From a bacterium (GTDB lineage Bacteria > SAR324 > NAC60-12): DNA of 64,000 nt. Positions 9,347 to 18,317 of this stretch are shown here, piece after piece. How positions within the stretch are numbered: the first letter of the stretch is position 1; each line of letters starts with the position of its first letter. Both the position numbers and the translations under genes were made by a program. The notes beneath the pieces are model-generated. The model did no database searches and had not been told where the DNA came from. It saw only the letters and a program-made list of their open reading frames with translations. The stretch is from contig OZ242383.1 of NCBI GenBank assembly GCA_965209155.1, positions 2,048,001 through 2,112,000 of the forward strand, read 5' to 3'.

Positions 9347-9739
9347 ATGGCGACGCGACCACACATGCGGAAGGTTAGATCAAGGGAAACGAAGCCGGAA
9401 CGCGTACTGAGAAAGCTAATTTGGTCGATGGGGTATCGAGGATACAGGAAGAATTGCGGGAATTTGCCTGGAAGGCCTGATGTGGTTTTTACCCGCCGCA
9501 AGCTCGCCATTTTTCTTCATGGGTGTTTTTGGCATGGACATTCCTGCAAGGCCGGTAGGAACGTTCCACGAACCAATACCTCGTATTGGATACCGAAATT
9601 ACGAAGGAATAAAGAAAGAGATCGTGATGACCTCAAAAAATTGAAATCGGAGCATTGGCGGGTTATGGTGGTTTGGGAGTGTGAATTGGGCGAGCTGGCG
9701 AAAGTTGAGTCCAGACTGTCAAAATTTTTACGTGAATAG
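9347..9739 (+). CDS. vsr: Very short patch repair endonuclease
   Basis: TKPE, LPGRPDVVF, FLHGCFWHGH and VVWEC motifs; transcribed divergently from the C5-MTase. Confidence 0.95.
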   Translation: MATRPHMRKVRSRETKPERVLRKLIWSMGYRGYRKNCGNLPGRPDVVFTRRKLAIFLHGCFWHGHSCKAGRNVPRTNTSYWIPKLRRNKERDRDDLKKLKSEHWRVMVVWECELGELAKVESRLSKFLRE

Positions 9740-9817
9740 TATACGGTCTTCCCTTCTTTCTGATAGTGGGAGCATCAAGGCAAGGATAATAAGGAAGAAG
9801 ATTCTCTGACAAACGTA

Positions 9818-10390
9818 TTACTGACGGACTGGTCCTTGCCAACCATCCGAGCATTTACCACGCCAGTTTTTTCCAAAAGGACGTCTTCCGATATTGGGGT
9901 ACGGCGACTTTTTCCTTCTCAGGTAAGCCCGGTGAATCCACTCACGAATGCGTGCCGTTCGATCGGTCCAGTTATAGACGCGCGCGTAGGGGTCTTTTTC
10001 TCCACAGTTATCCGCAAGCCTCGGTGGCATTAGATGAGGATCATAGGATTCTTTTTCAAAATCAGGATGTTCAGGCAGCCAGATACCGAGTAAGCCGCAT
10101 CTGGGGTTCTTTTTCGTCTCTCTCAAACTGGCGCCTATCTCCCAATCCACGTGCTTCCGTTTCCAGGTACAGCAGCCAATCAGCACAATCGTTACGGTTG
10201 CATCAGAAATATAGTCCTCGCGAATTCTCTGCAGAATCGCCTCTCCGTTGAGATTTTCGACGTCCCCTGTACCGACCGATTTGTTAACCATTTCCTCACC
10301 TATCATTTTGACGAATCGATCTTTGTATTTTTGATCCTGCTCGTGGTGAAAGCTGACGAATACTTTGTGTCTTGGGATTTGCCGCATCAT
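9818..10390 (-). CDS. TIR-domain protein (ThsB/DUF1863-like), second copy
   Basis: HKVFVSFHHEQDQKYK, VTIVLIG, HVDWEIGASL with the catalytic Glu, GLLGIWLP. Confidence 0.88.
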   Translation of the reverse strand: MMRQIPRHKVFVSFHHEQDQKYKDRFVKMIGEEMVNKSVGTGDVENLNGEAILQRIREDYISDATVTIVLIGCCTWKRKHVDWEIGASLRETKKNPRCGLLGIWLPEHPDFEKESYDPHLMPPRLADNCGEKDPYARVYNWTDRTARIREWIHRAYLRRKKSPYPNIGRRPFGKNWRGKCSDGWQGPVRQ

Positions 10391-10574
10391 CGTTCTCCCC
10401 CACCTTTTTCAAGATCGGTCAAGTCTTCCACGCCCGCAATCTCCGCCAGCATGCGATTGTAGTTGCGTAAATCCTCTTGCAGGAATTCCAGTTCTTCACG
10501 AAATTCCTTGCGTTTGCGCTCCTCCCGGAAAGCGCCTGACAGACTCTCTTTGTGCCATTTGGCGGTGAAGGGAC
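10387..10574 (-). pseudogene. 5'-truncated paralog of the helical TIR-partner gene (5039-5521)
   Basis: 10414-10574 aligns without gaps to 5063-5223 (11 mismatches in 161 bp by my count). Its TGA overlaps the TIR ATG (ATGA). It is cut off at a MITE half. Confidence 0.9.
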
Positions 10575-10576
10575 AA

Positions 10577-10663
10577 GCTTCGCAGGAATGACAAGGATTC
10601 TTTAAGATATGCGGATCCCATTACTTATTGAATTGATTAAATTCTTATCTCGAACTCGGATTA
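10577..10663. mobile_element. Right half of the MITE-like element
   Basis: GCTTCGCAGGAATGACAAGGATTC...ATCTCGAACTCGGATTA matches about 8862-8950. Confidence 0.7.
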
Positions 10664-10707
10664 TTATATGCTGAGTTTAAAAAGACGATTCGTTTATCGT
10701 CTTTGGC

Positions 10708-10857
10708 TTATACGCTTTTATTGAGAATATCCGTATTGGTTATGTATTTTCTCTCGACCATGCTCAACAATTCCAATGCAACCAATTCCTGTAAATCCTT
10801 CAGCAAAGCGCAATCGGAGCGGGAATTGCCAGCCAGCCGTGCGCAAGTCCAATTCAT
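10708..10857 (-). pseudogene. Possible gene remnant (49 aa), perhaps the C-terminal winged-helix tail of a Fic-type protein
   Basis: ATGA overlap with the hsdM stop; LLKDLQELVALELL...KYITNTDIL resembles a wHTH tail. Weak evidence. Confidence 0.25.
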
Positions 10858-12833
10858 TCATCGCCCGATGACGATTCACGACCGATGATCTCGCTCAGCA
10901 ACCCCTCGGTCTCCTGTTCCAATGCCAGGATGTCCGCTTTGATCTCTTCCAGCGTCCGAAGGGGTTCGGGTTTATAAAAGTAACGAGTGAAGCTGATTTC
11001 GTAGCCGATCTTGACGCTGCCGGGAACGTACCAGACATCCGGCGCGTAGGGCAGGACCTCGCGACGCAGGAAGCCCTCGATGCCCTCTTCTTCCAGGAGG
11101 GGAACCTGCTCGCTGTCACGCAGGTCGGGATCGGGTTCATACTCGACCACGGTGGTCCGGCCATCGATGGGGATCTCGAACAAACCACGCAGGGGCGCAG
11201 GCGCCGTGCCCCTCTTATGAATCCTCCTGATGACCGGCGGGGCGGTTTCCAAGCTCCGGTTTTCCTCTTTGAGCGTTTTGATCTCGCGGGTATTGTAGGC
11301 GCGATCCGCATCGATGCCTTCAAGACGTAAAGGTCGCTCAATGGTGACTTTCCAATAACCAAAGGACTCGTTCCGGAAAATTCTCGACCGCTTGGACTCT
11401 TCGAATGCGAGAAACGCATCGCAGATACGACGCATATCTTCATCAGAAAACTCGCAGTTCTTTTTGCCCAGGTTCTTGCGCAAAGGATTGAACCAGTGGG
11501 TTGCGTCGATGAGTTGGACCTTACCTTGGCGTTGGGCAGGTTTCCGGTTGCTGAGTATCCAGATGTAGGTGGCGATGCCCGTGTTGTAAAACATGTTGAG
11601 AGGCAGGGCGACGATGGCTTCCAACCAGTCGTTCTCGATGATCCAGCGGCGGATGTTGCTTTCTCCCTGACCGGCATCCCCGGTGAACAGGGAGGAGCCA
11701 TTGTGGACCTCAGCGATCCTGCTGCCTAGGGGAGATTCCTGTTTCATCTTGCTCAACATGTTGGCAAGGAACATCATCTGTCCGTCGCTGGAGCGGGTGA
11801 CCAAACTGAATTCGGGATTACCGGGATGATCGATGAGGAAACGGTGGTCTGACATCTCTTTTTTGCCTCCCATCCGCTCGAGATCCGTCTTCCATGACTT
11901 CCCGTAGGGGGGATTGGAAAGCATGAAGTCGAACTCACGAGCAGGGAAGGCGTCTGCGGAGAGAGTTGAACCGAATTTCATGTTCTCCGCTTCGTTTCCC
12001 TCTCCCTTGAGGATGAGATCCGCTTTGCTGATTGCGAAGGTTTCGGGATTGATCTCCTGTCCGTAGAGATGTACGGAAGTTTCCTTCCCGTGCTCCTTTG
12101 CCAGTCTGACCAAGGTTTCTTCGGCGACGGTCAGCATGCCGCCGGTGCCACAAGCGCCGTCATAGACGAGATAGGTGCCGGAGCGAATTTGTTCCACGAT
12201 GGGTAAGAAAATCAGGTGGGCCATCAACTCCACCACGTCACGAGGCGTGAAGTGCTCACCGGCTTCTTCATTGTTCTCCTCGTTGAAACGGCGGATCAAT
12301 TCCTCGAAAATCGTCCCCATCGAGTGGTTGTCCAGACCGGGAAGACGAACGGATCCATCCGGAAAAAAGACGGGTTTGGGACTGAGATTGATGGAACTGT
12401 CAAGAAATTTTTCGATGAGGAAGCCGAAAACGTCGGCTTCGATGAGGGTAGGGATCTGATTATGGAACTTGAACTTGTCCAGGACCTCCTGGAGGTTTGG
12501 CGAGAAGCCGTCCAGGTAGGCCTCGAAATCGGCTTTGAGTTGCTGCCTCCTGGTCCGGCTGGCCAGGTCGCGCAGGCAAAACGACGAAGTGTTGTAAAAA
12601 GCCTCCCCGGCTGCCCGGCATAGCGCTGCGTGTTGATTGGTGATTCCTGCCGCGTCGAGGCGCGCTTTCATGTCGAGCACCGCGGCTTTCGTCGGTTCGA
12701 GCACCGCGTCCAGACGGCGAATGACCGTCATGGGTAAGATGACGTCCCGGTATTTGCCTCGTACGTAGACGTCCCGCAGCACATCGTCTGCGATGTTCCA
12801 GATGAAGTTGCTGATGTTTAAGTTGCTCACCAC
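10854..12833 (-). CDS. hsdM: Type I restriction-modification N6-adenine methyltransferase subunit
   Basis: FIWNIADDVLR N-terminus, GEHFTPRDVV, YDGACGTGGML, NPPY, C-terminal GYEISFTRYFYKP...LEEIKADI. Confidence 0.96.
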   Translation of the reverse strand: MVSNLNISNFIWNIADDVLRDVYVRGKYRDVILPMTVIRRLDAVLEPTKAAVLDMKARLDAAGITNQHAALCRAAGEAFYNTSSFCLRDLASRTRRQQLKADFEAYLDGFSPNLQEVLDKFKFHNQIPTLIEADVFGFLIEKFLDSSINLSPKPVFFPDGSVRLPGLDNHSMGTIFEELIRRFNEENNEEAGEHFTPRDVVELMAHLIFLPIVEQIRSGTYLVYDGACGTGGMLTVAEETLVRLAKEHGKETSVHLYGQEINPETFAISKADLILKGEGNEAENMKFGSTLSADAFPAREFDFMLSNPPYGKSWKTDLERMGGKKEMSDHRFLIDHPGNPEFSLVTRSSDGQMMFLANMLSKMKQESPLGSRIAEVHNGSSLFTGDAGQGESNIRRWIIENDWLEAIVALPLNMFYNTGIATYIWILSNRKPAQRQGKVQLIDATHWFNPLRKNLGKKNCEFSDEDMRRICDAFLAFEESKRSRIFRNESFGYWKVTIERPLRLEGIDADRAYNTREIKTLKEENRSLETAPPVIRRIHKRGTAPAPLRGLFEIPIDGRTTVVEYEPDPDLRDSEQVPLLEEEGIEGFLRREVLPYAPDVWYVPGSVKIGYEISFTRYFYKPEPLRTLEEIKADILALEQETEGLLSEIIGRESSSGDE

Positions 12834-12866
12834 CCTATGCTCATTCGATCCACCACCAGTTTGCCA

Positions 12867-13643
12867 TCAGTTTGCGAAGGGGGGTGTTGCGGAGTCGACC
12901 CGCCTGACCTCTCCGTCTTCCCTGACAATAAAATAATAAAATTCCTTGTGTATGCATCCTGAAGGGCAATCTCCCCAAGCATCGCGAAATACGAAATACC
13001 AATCCTCATCCACCTTCGATGCTTCAATGTCGGGACCGTCCAACAGGTATGCATCGGGTTCGACATATAGAATTCCCTCGAGCATCGAATAGGTCTCGAT
13101 GGCTGCCGGAACGTTCAACCCTTCACGAAAACAAACGATGACGGCCCCGATCGAATCGAATGTCTCTATGCCTTGTAGTCCGAGTTTTGAATTCAGGGTA
13201 TCGAATTCCTCGTTACCCGTAACCAAGGTCCCGCTTTTGTCTGGAGCGGACAACCTATCGTTTATGACCTCAATCAAGGAAGGTTCCAACTGGAGGAGGA
13301 GCCTGGCCGGAGGATACGATTCCCGCGCATGAACGCCTGAGACCTCCGGATACTCCTGGCGAATCAAGCGTAGCATTTGGTCGATTTTCTCCGCCATGAC
13401 ATCTCTCTGCCGGATATCGTACAACAACTCCTTACTACCACGTTGGATAATTCTGTCGGCAAGTATTAAAGCATCGGGCCGGTCGAAGGTCGGACGCGGG
13501 CAGGGTTCCTGCTCGACTAACTCCGTTTCACGAGCACTGCTTCGAGATTCCGGACTATCAGAACTGGCTGTTTCTTCCGCAATGAGGTGCGAGGACGCAA
13601 TCACGAAGATGAGCAATATGCTTGAAAAAGCGACATGGAACAT
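12867..13643 (-). CDS. Exported hypothetical protein
   Basis: N-terminal hydrophobic signal; C-terminal WGDCPSGC motif. Confidence 0.7.
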   Translation of the reverse strand: MFHVAFSSILLIFVIASSHLIAEETASSDSPESRSSARETELVEQEPCPRPTFDRPDALILADRIIQRGSKELLYDIRQRDVMAEKIDQMLRLIRQEYPEVSGVHARESYPPARLLLQLEPSLIEVINDRLSAPDKSGTLVTGNEEFDTLNSKLGLQGIETFDSIGAVIVCFREGLNVPAAIETYSMLEGILYVEPDAYLLDGPDIEASKVDEDWYFVFRDAWGDCPSGCIHKEFYYFIVREDGEVRRVDSATPPFAN

Positions 13644-13941
13644 TCGAAAACCGGCACAGATAGTTGTGATATGACGTGCTCAGAACAAAAGCATTGAACA
13701 AGTCGGCGTTGATTCAAGTTATTCCTCATCCGACAACTTCGTAGTTGCTGCGTACGTTTTGAATACGGGAAGCAACATAGTAACACAATCGGAGCATGAT
13801 AAGAAATGAGAACATTTAAACGTGGAAATTCTCGTCCGGTCACCAGCTTCATCCTGGTATTGAATTGACATTTAAACATTCATGTATCATCTTTATTGAT
13901 TATCATCGTGATTCTTTTTTCGACAAAAATGAAAAAATGCT

Positions 13942-14760
13942 ATGGGAAAGCTTATCATTGGCAACTGGAAAATGAATGGCAACGAAGCGCTCATCGACGT
14001 CATGGTAAAGACCATCTCAAGAAGGTTAAAAATGGTCAAAACAGGTAAATCCGGTCCACATTCCCCGTCGACTTCGTTCCAACCGTCCATACCCCGGGTT
14101 GTCGTATGCCCCCCTTTTCCATATCTCCGCAGGTTAAAGGAGTATTGCGCCGGAGCACCAGCGGGAGAAGCAGAAATAGGCATTGGGGCTCAAAACGTAC
14201 ACGCTCATCTCGCAGGCGCATTCACTGGGGAAATTTCAGCGGGAATGCTCAAGGAATATGACGTATCATTTTGCATTGTCGGACACTCGGAGCGACGATC
14301 TTATTTTGATGAAAGCGACGATCTCATCCAGCAGAAAGCCAAGATATTGTTGAAACATGACATCCGTCCGGTGATTTGCGTCGGAGAAAGTTGGCAGCAA
14401 CGCGAAAAAGGAACGCATGAAAAAACGGTCATCGGACAAATAGAACGAATTTTCAATGAGATACCTGCCACTGACTTAAGCCGGTGTATAGTGGCCTATG
14501 AACCCTTATGGGCGATTGGTACCGGCAAGACGGCGTCGGCCGAACAAGCGAATGAGATGCACATGGTGATTCGAAGAAAATTGTTGGAATTGACAACCGG
14601 AGAAACCGCCGCATCGATTCCTCTTCTTTATGGCGGAAGCGTGAATGCAAAAAATTCAAGCATGCTGCTGAAACAACCTGAAATCGATGGCTGTCTGGTT
14701 GGAGGGGCAAGTCTCGAACCGCAAGGATTTGACCAAATCATTCGATCATCTCCAGGATAA
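13942..14760 (+). CDS. tpiA: Triosephosphate isomerase
   Basis: GNWKMN, GHSERR, AYEPLWAIGTG, YGGSV, LVGGASL. Confidence 0.97.
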   Translation: MGKLIIGNWKMNGNEALIDVMVKTISRRLKMVKTGKSGPHSPSTSFQPSIPRVVVCPPFPYLRRLKEYCAGAPAGEAEIGIGAQNVHAHLAGAFTGEISAGMLKEYDVSFCIVGHSERRSYFDESDDLIQQKAKILLKHDIRPVICVGESWQQREKGTHEKTVIGQIERIFNEIPATDLSRCIVAYEPLWAIGTGKTASAEQANEMHMVIRRKLLELTTGETAASIPLLYGGSVNAKNSSMLLKQPEIDGCLVGGASLEPQGFDQIIRSSPG

Positions 14761-14790
14761 TAAATTCAGTAAACATACAAGGAAACTATT

Positions 14791-15147
14791 ATGATATTTG
14801 GATTACTCATTTTTTTTCAGGTCGTCGTGGCCTTAGCCCTGGTATTCATTGTATTGCTGCAAGGAGGCCGGGGCGCTGAACTCGGTGCTGCGTTTGGAAG
14901 TGTCGGTCAGGCCAATACGGTGCGCGGAAGCATGTCGGGAATCAGCAAAGTGACAGCGGTTCTGGGCGCGATTTTTATGTTGCTTTCGCTCACCCTGGCC
15001 TATTTATCGTCTGAAAAAGCTGCTGATTCGGTCGTCCGAGACATTCAAGCTCCCACGGTGATTTCGGAACCTGCTGAAGAGCAGGAAGCCGAGAATCCTT
15101 TACCAAGCAACGAGCTGGAGCAAACCGACGCGCCACCTGAAAATTGA
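14791..15147 (+). CDS. secG: Preprotein translocase subunit SecG
   Basis: Two TM helices, VLLQ.GRGAELGAAFG; directly follows tpiA. Confidence 0.93.
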   Translation: MIFGLLIFFQVVVALALVFIVLLQGGRGAELGAAFGSVGQANTVRGSMSGISKVTAVLGAIFMLLSLTLAYLSSEKAADSVVRDIQAPTVISEPAEEQEAENPLPSNELEQTDAPPEN

Positions 15148-15198
15148 GAACCTGAAAACCGAAGTCATTCATCCCTTCCCTTATGGATCCGGAATGAC

Positions 15199-15750
15199 AT
15201 GAAAACTATTTATGTTTTAAGACATGCTAAATCCTCCTGGCAGGACCTCTCGCTATCCGATCACGAACGGCCACTGGCACCTCGCGGAGAGAAGGCGGCT
15301 CCACTAATGGGACAGGTGCTGACAGCTTTCGATAATCCACCCACGCTGATTCTCACGTCCACTGCTAAACGAGCCCGGAAGACTGCTGAAATGGCTGCCG
15401 ATTCCTTCAGAAAATACGCCTCCCCGAGAAGATATGCGGAGGAGTTGGAGGTGATTGTCAATCCCGCAATTTATAGTGCTTCCACTTCAACCCTGATCAA
15501 AATTCTGAAGGAGCTTCCCCCAAAACATGATGCAGTCGTTATTGTCGGACACAACCCGGTAATGGAAGAGTTCGTCTCATCGCTTTGCTTCAATGTCGAC
15601 CATGGGGGGCTTTTTCTTCCCACTGCAACCCTGGCTCAGGTGGTCGCGGAAATCGACCAATGGGATCAATTACAAAAAGGCGTCGGGATATTGCAGGCCT
15701 TGATTTTTCCGAGACTGGCGAAACGCCTTCTTGATTTGAAAAAGAACTGA
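15199..15750 (+). CDS. sixA: SixA-family phosphohistidine phosphatase
   Basis: LRHAKS, DHERPL, STAKRA, VGHNP. Confidence 0.88.
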   Translation: MKTIYVLRHAKSSWQDLSLSDHERPLAPRGEKAAPLMGQVLTAFDNPPTLILTSTAKRARKTAEMAADSFRKYASPRRYAEELEVIVNPAIYSASTSTLIKILKELPPKHDAVVIVGHNPVMEEFVSSLCFNVDHGGLFLPTATLAQVVAEIDQWDQLQKGVGILQALIFPRLAKRLLDLKKN

Positions 15751-15789
15751 TTGTTACTCGAATACGGATATATTTGCTCTTACCGGATT

Positions 15790-17187
15790 ATGATCAACAC
15801 CAAAATAATCTGCACTATCGGCCCTGCCAGTGAATCATATGAAATGCTGCACCAGATGTATAACGCCGGTATGAACATTGCGCGATTCAATATGTCTCAT
15901 GGCGATCACGCATCCCATACCAGGATCTTCAACCATATACACGAGCTGAACCGGGAAATCGAATTTCCCATCGGTTTATTGCTGGACACGCAAGGACCGG
16001 AAATTCGTACGGGTTACTCTGATTTTACTTTGCACCAAGGAAACACCATTGAAGTGACTGTGGACGGTGATGAAGATCGTGTTCGCGGCTCGTTATTTAT
16101 CGGATATCCCGATTTGATCAACACATTGGATATTGGTGACCCGTTGATGATCGACAATGGGTTGATTAATTTAGTAGTCTTGGATAAACACAAGAATTCC
16201 ATGACGTGCCGGGTGCTCGATGGAGGACATATCAAAGGAAGGCGCCATGTCAATTTACCGGGAATCGCAGTCAATCTTCCTGCGATTACGCCGAAAGACA
16301 AAGAAGATATTTTATTCGGCGTTGCGCATGGCGTGGATTTCATCGCCCTCTCCTTTGTGCGAAGAGCGCAAAATATCCGCGAATTGAAAAATCTTCTCGG
16401 AAGAAAAGCCGAAAAGTTGCAAATCATTGCCAAAATAGAAAATCAGGAGGGTTTGGAAAATCTTGAAGAAATTTTGAGGGAAGCCGATGGGATTATGGTT
16501 GCCCGTGGTGACTTGGGAGTGGAAATCGACATGGAAGATCTACCCCACATCCAACGCCGCATTGCCTATTTGTGCGGAAAAAACGGCAAACGGTTGATCG
16601 TGGCAACGCACTTGCTGGAATCCATGATTGATAATCCGATTCCCACGAGAGCGGAAGCGACTGACGTGGCCAATGCAGTTTTCGAGGATGCGGATGCGCT
16701 CTTGTTATCAGGTGAAACTTCAGTGGGAAATTATCCATTGAAGTGTATCGAATACCTGGTCAGAATGGCTAAAAAAACAGAAACCTTTCCAAGCGTTCTC
16801 TACGCCCGCCGGGAACTCGTCGTCAGATCCAAAAAACAGCAAATTGCGCGCTCGGCAGAACAACTCACCAGACAGCTCAAATGCAAGGGCCTTCTCGTCA
16901 TCACAAAATCAGGTAACACCGCCGCATGCGTAGCCAATTGTCGAACATACGGCTTCCCTACTTTTGCTTTCACTAACAATGTCAAAACCTTTCGGTTGAT
17001 GACCCTCTTTCGGGGAATTCATCCCTTTCTGATCGAGTTCAAAGATCCGGAACAAACCATTGGAAATGCTTTCAATAAACTCAAGCAACGACGCATCGTG
17101 CAAAAAGGTGACCTGGTGGTCATCATTTCGGATATGCAGGTAGAAACCGGGCTTGTGGATTCTATTCAAATCCGTCCGATCCATTGA
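15790..17187 (+). CDS. pyk: Pyruvate kinase
   Basis: TKIICTIGPAS, ARFNMSHG, IAKIEN, MVARGDLGVE, LLSGETSVG. Confidence 0.97.
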   Translation: MINTKIICTIGPASESYEMLHQMYNAGMNIARFNMSHGDHASHTRIFNHIHELNREIEFPIGLLLDTQGPEIRTGYSDFTLHQGNTIEVTVDGDEDRVRGSLFIGYPDLINTLDIGDPLMIDNGLINLVVLDKHKNSMTCRVLDGGHIKGRRHVNLPGIAVNLPAITPKDKEDILFGVAHGVDFIALSFVRRAQNIRELKNLLGRKAEKLQIIAKIENQEGLENLEEILREADGIMVARGDLGVEIDMEDLPHIQRRIAYLCGKNGKRLIVATHLLESMIDNPIPTRAEATDVANAVFEDADALLLSGETSVGNYPLKCIEYLVRMAKKTETFPSVLYARRELVVRSKKQQIARSAEQLTRQLKCKGLLVITKSGNTAACVANCRTYGFPTFAFTNNVKTFRLMTLFRGIHPFLIEFKDPEQTIGNAFNKLKQRRIVQKGDLVVIISDMQVETGLVDSIQIRPIH

Positions 17188-17230
17188 CTCACCGGCATGT
17201 TTCCATTATGAGATGCAATTTGGAAAAAAA

Positions 17231-17593
17231 ATGTCTGAAAATTTCAATGATACTTGGATTATCCCTCGTCTTGATCGGCTGCCAAACCATTTCGTCATAT
17301 TTCACGCCGAAACCAATCGAACCGGAATCAACGAACCCGCAAAAACCTTGGTGAAGATCATTGATAGAACCAACGAAAGGCAAAAAAGCGAGGATGAAAG
17401 AGGCAACAATGAATACAATCTGGCTCTTGGAGAACGACGCGACTATTCGGTCCTCAAATTCCTGGTTGCCATGGGTGCCAATCCCAGTCAATTTTCTATA
17501 ATCAGCTATGAAGAGGAACGTCCGGCCATTATTGATAGTAAAGATGAGCCATGCTTTGAAAAAAACAGACGCGTTGAATTGGTCAGGCATTGA
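17231..17593 (+). pseudogene. Degenerate Pal/OmpA-like peptidoglycan-binding domain
   Basis: DERGNNEYNLALGERR...ISYEEERP...KNRRVE; lacks a lipoprotein signal and the usual GHCD/SYG residues. Confidence 0.6.
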
Positions 17594-17600
17594 AAGAGCT

Positions 17601-18305
17601 ATGAAATTTTGGGCCGCAAGTGGATTTTTTTGTTTGACATTCTTATTTTCCTGGCAGGCAACTGCTGCGGAAACATATGAGTTGGATCCTGAACACAGGG
17701 GAGTACTTTATCTGGGCGACTATCAGATTTTTCCTGAAAACCGTCTGGGGAATGCGCTTTATTACAAATACAAACTACTGATTTCGGCACCAGATCGTCA
17801 AATCCTGAAGTTTTATGAAATTCCGGAAACGCAAAGTTTGGTTTATTTGTATGCGGATGCGCAACAAGCCCTGGCCTTGGATGTTTATGATTTTTCGGAA
17901 GAAAAGGAATCCCGGATCAAAAGAGTGGACAATGAGTTTTACGAAGTTTGGATGCCGGGAAATCGTAAAATTTTCCGTATTTATGAAAACGATCTTGTGG
18001 GTCTGACCACTCATTTGAAAACTGCAACCGGTTTGACTCCATCTCACTCCCATATTGCCTATTATCATATCGAAAGTTCAGAAGTTGTTTCAGCAGAAGA
18101 TGAGGCGGAGCAGCGCGTTTATTATTTCCGGATTCATGTAATGAAACGAAGTGAGATCAAGCCGATAAAACTTAGCGAAGTGATCCGGGACACCCAGGCT
18201 TCGCTTAAACTTACCTGGATTGATGCGCGTACTTTAAGCTATCGTTTGTCTGATGGCACTTCCCACGAAATCGACGTTGCTTCCCAGCTGCCGGATTACT
18301 TCTAA
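17601..18305 (+). CDS. Exported hypothetical protein
   Basis: Signal peptide MKFWAASGFFCLTFLFSWQATA. Confidence 0.7.
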   Translation: MKFWAASGFFCLTFLFSWQATAAETYELDPEHRGVLYLGDYQIFPENRLGNALYYKYKLLISAPDRQILKFYEIPETQSLVYLYADAQQALALDVYDFSEEKESRIKRVDNEFYEVWMPGNRKIFRIYENDLVGLTTHLKTATGLTPSHSHIAYYHIESSEVVSAEDEAEQRVYYFRIHVMKRSEIKPIKLSEVIRDTQASLKLTWIDARTLSYRLSDGTSHEIDVASQLPDYF

Positions 18306-18317
18306 ACCTGCCTGTTC

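Noticed and set aside
4544..10390. Calling the two TIR genes a canonical Thoeris system
   Set aside because: No ThsA-type effector (SIR2-SLOG or TM-Macro) is present in the window.
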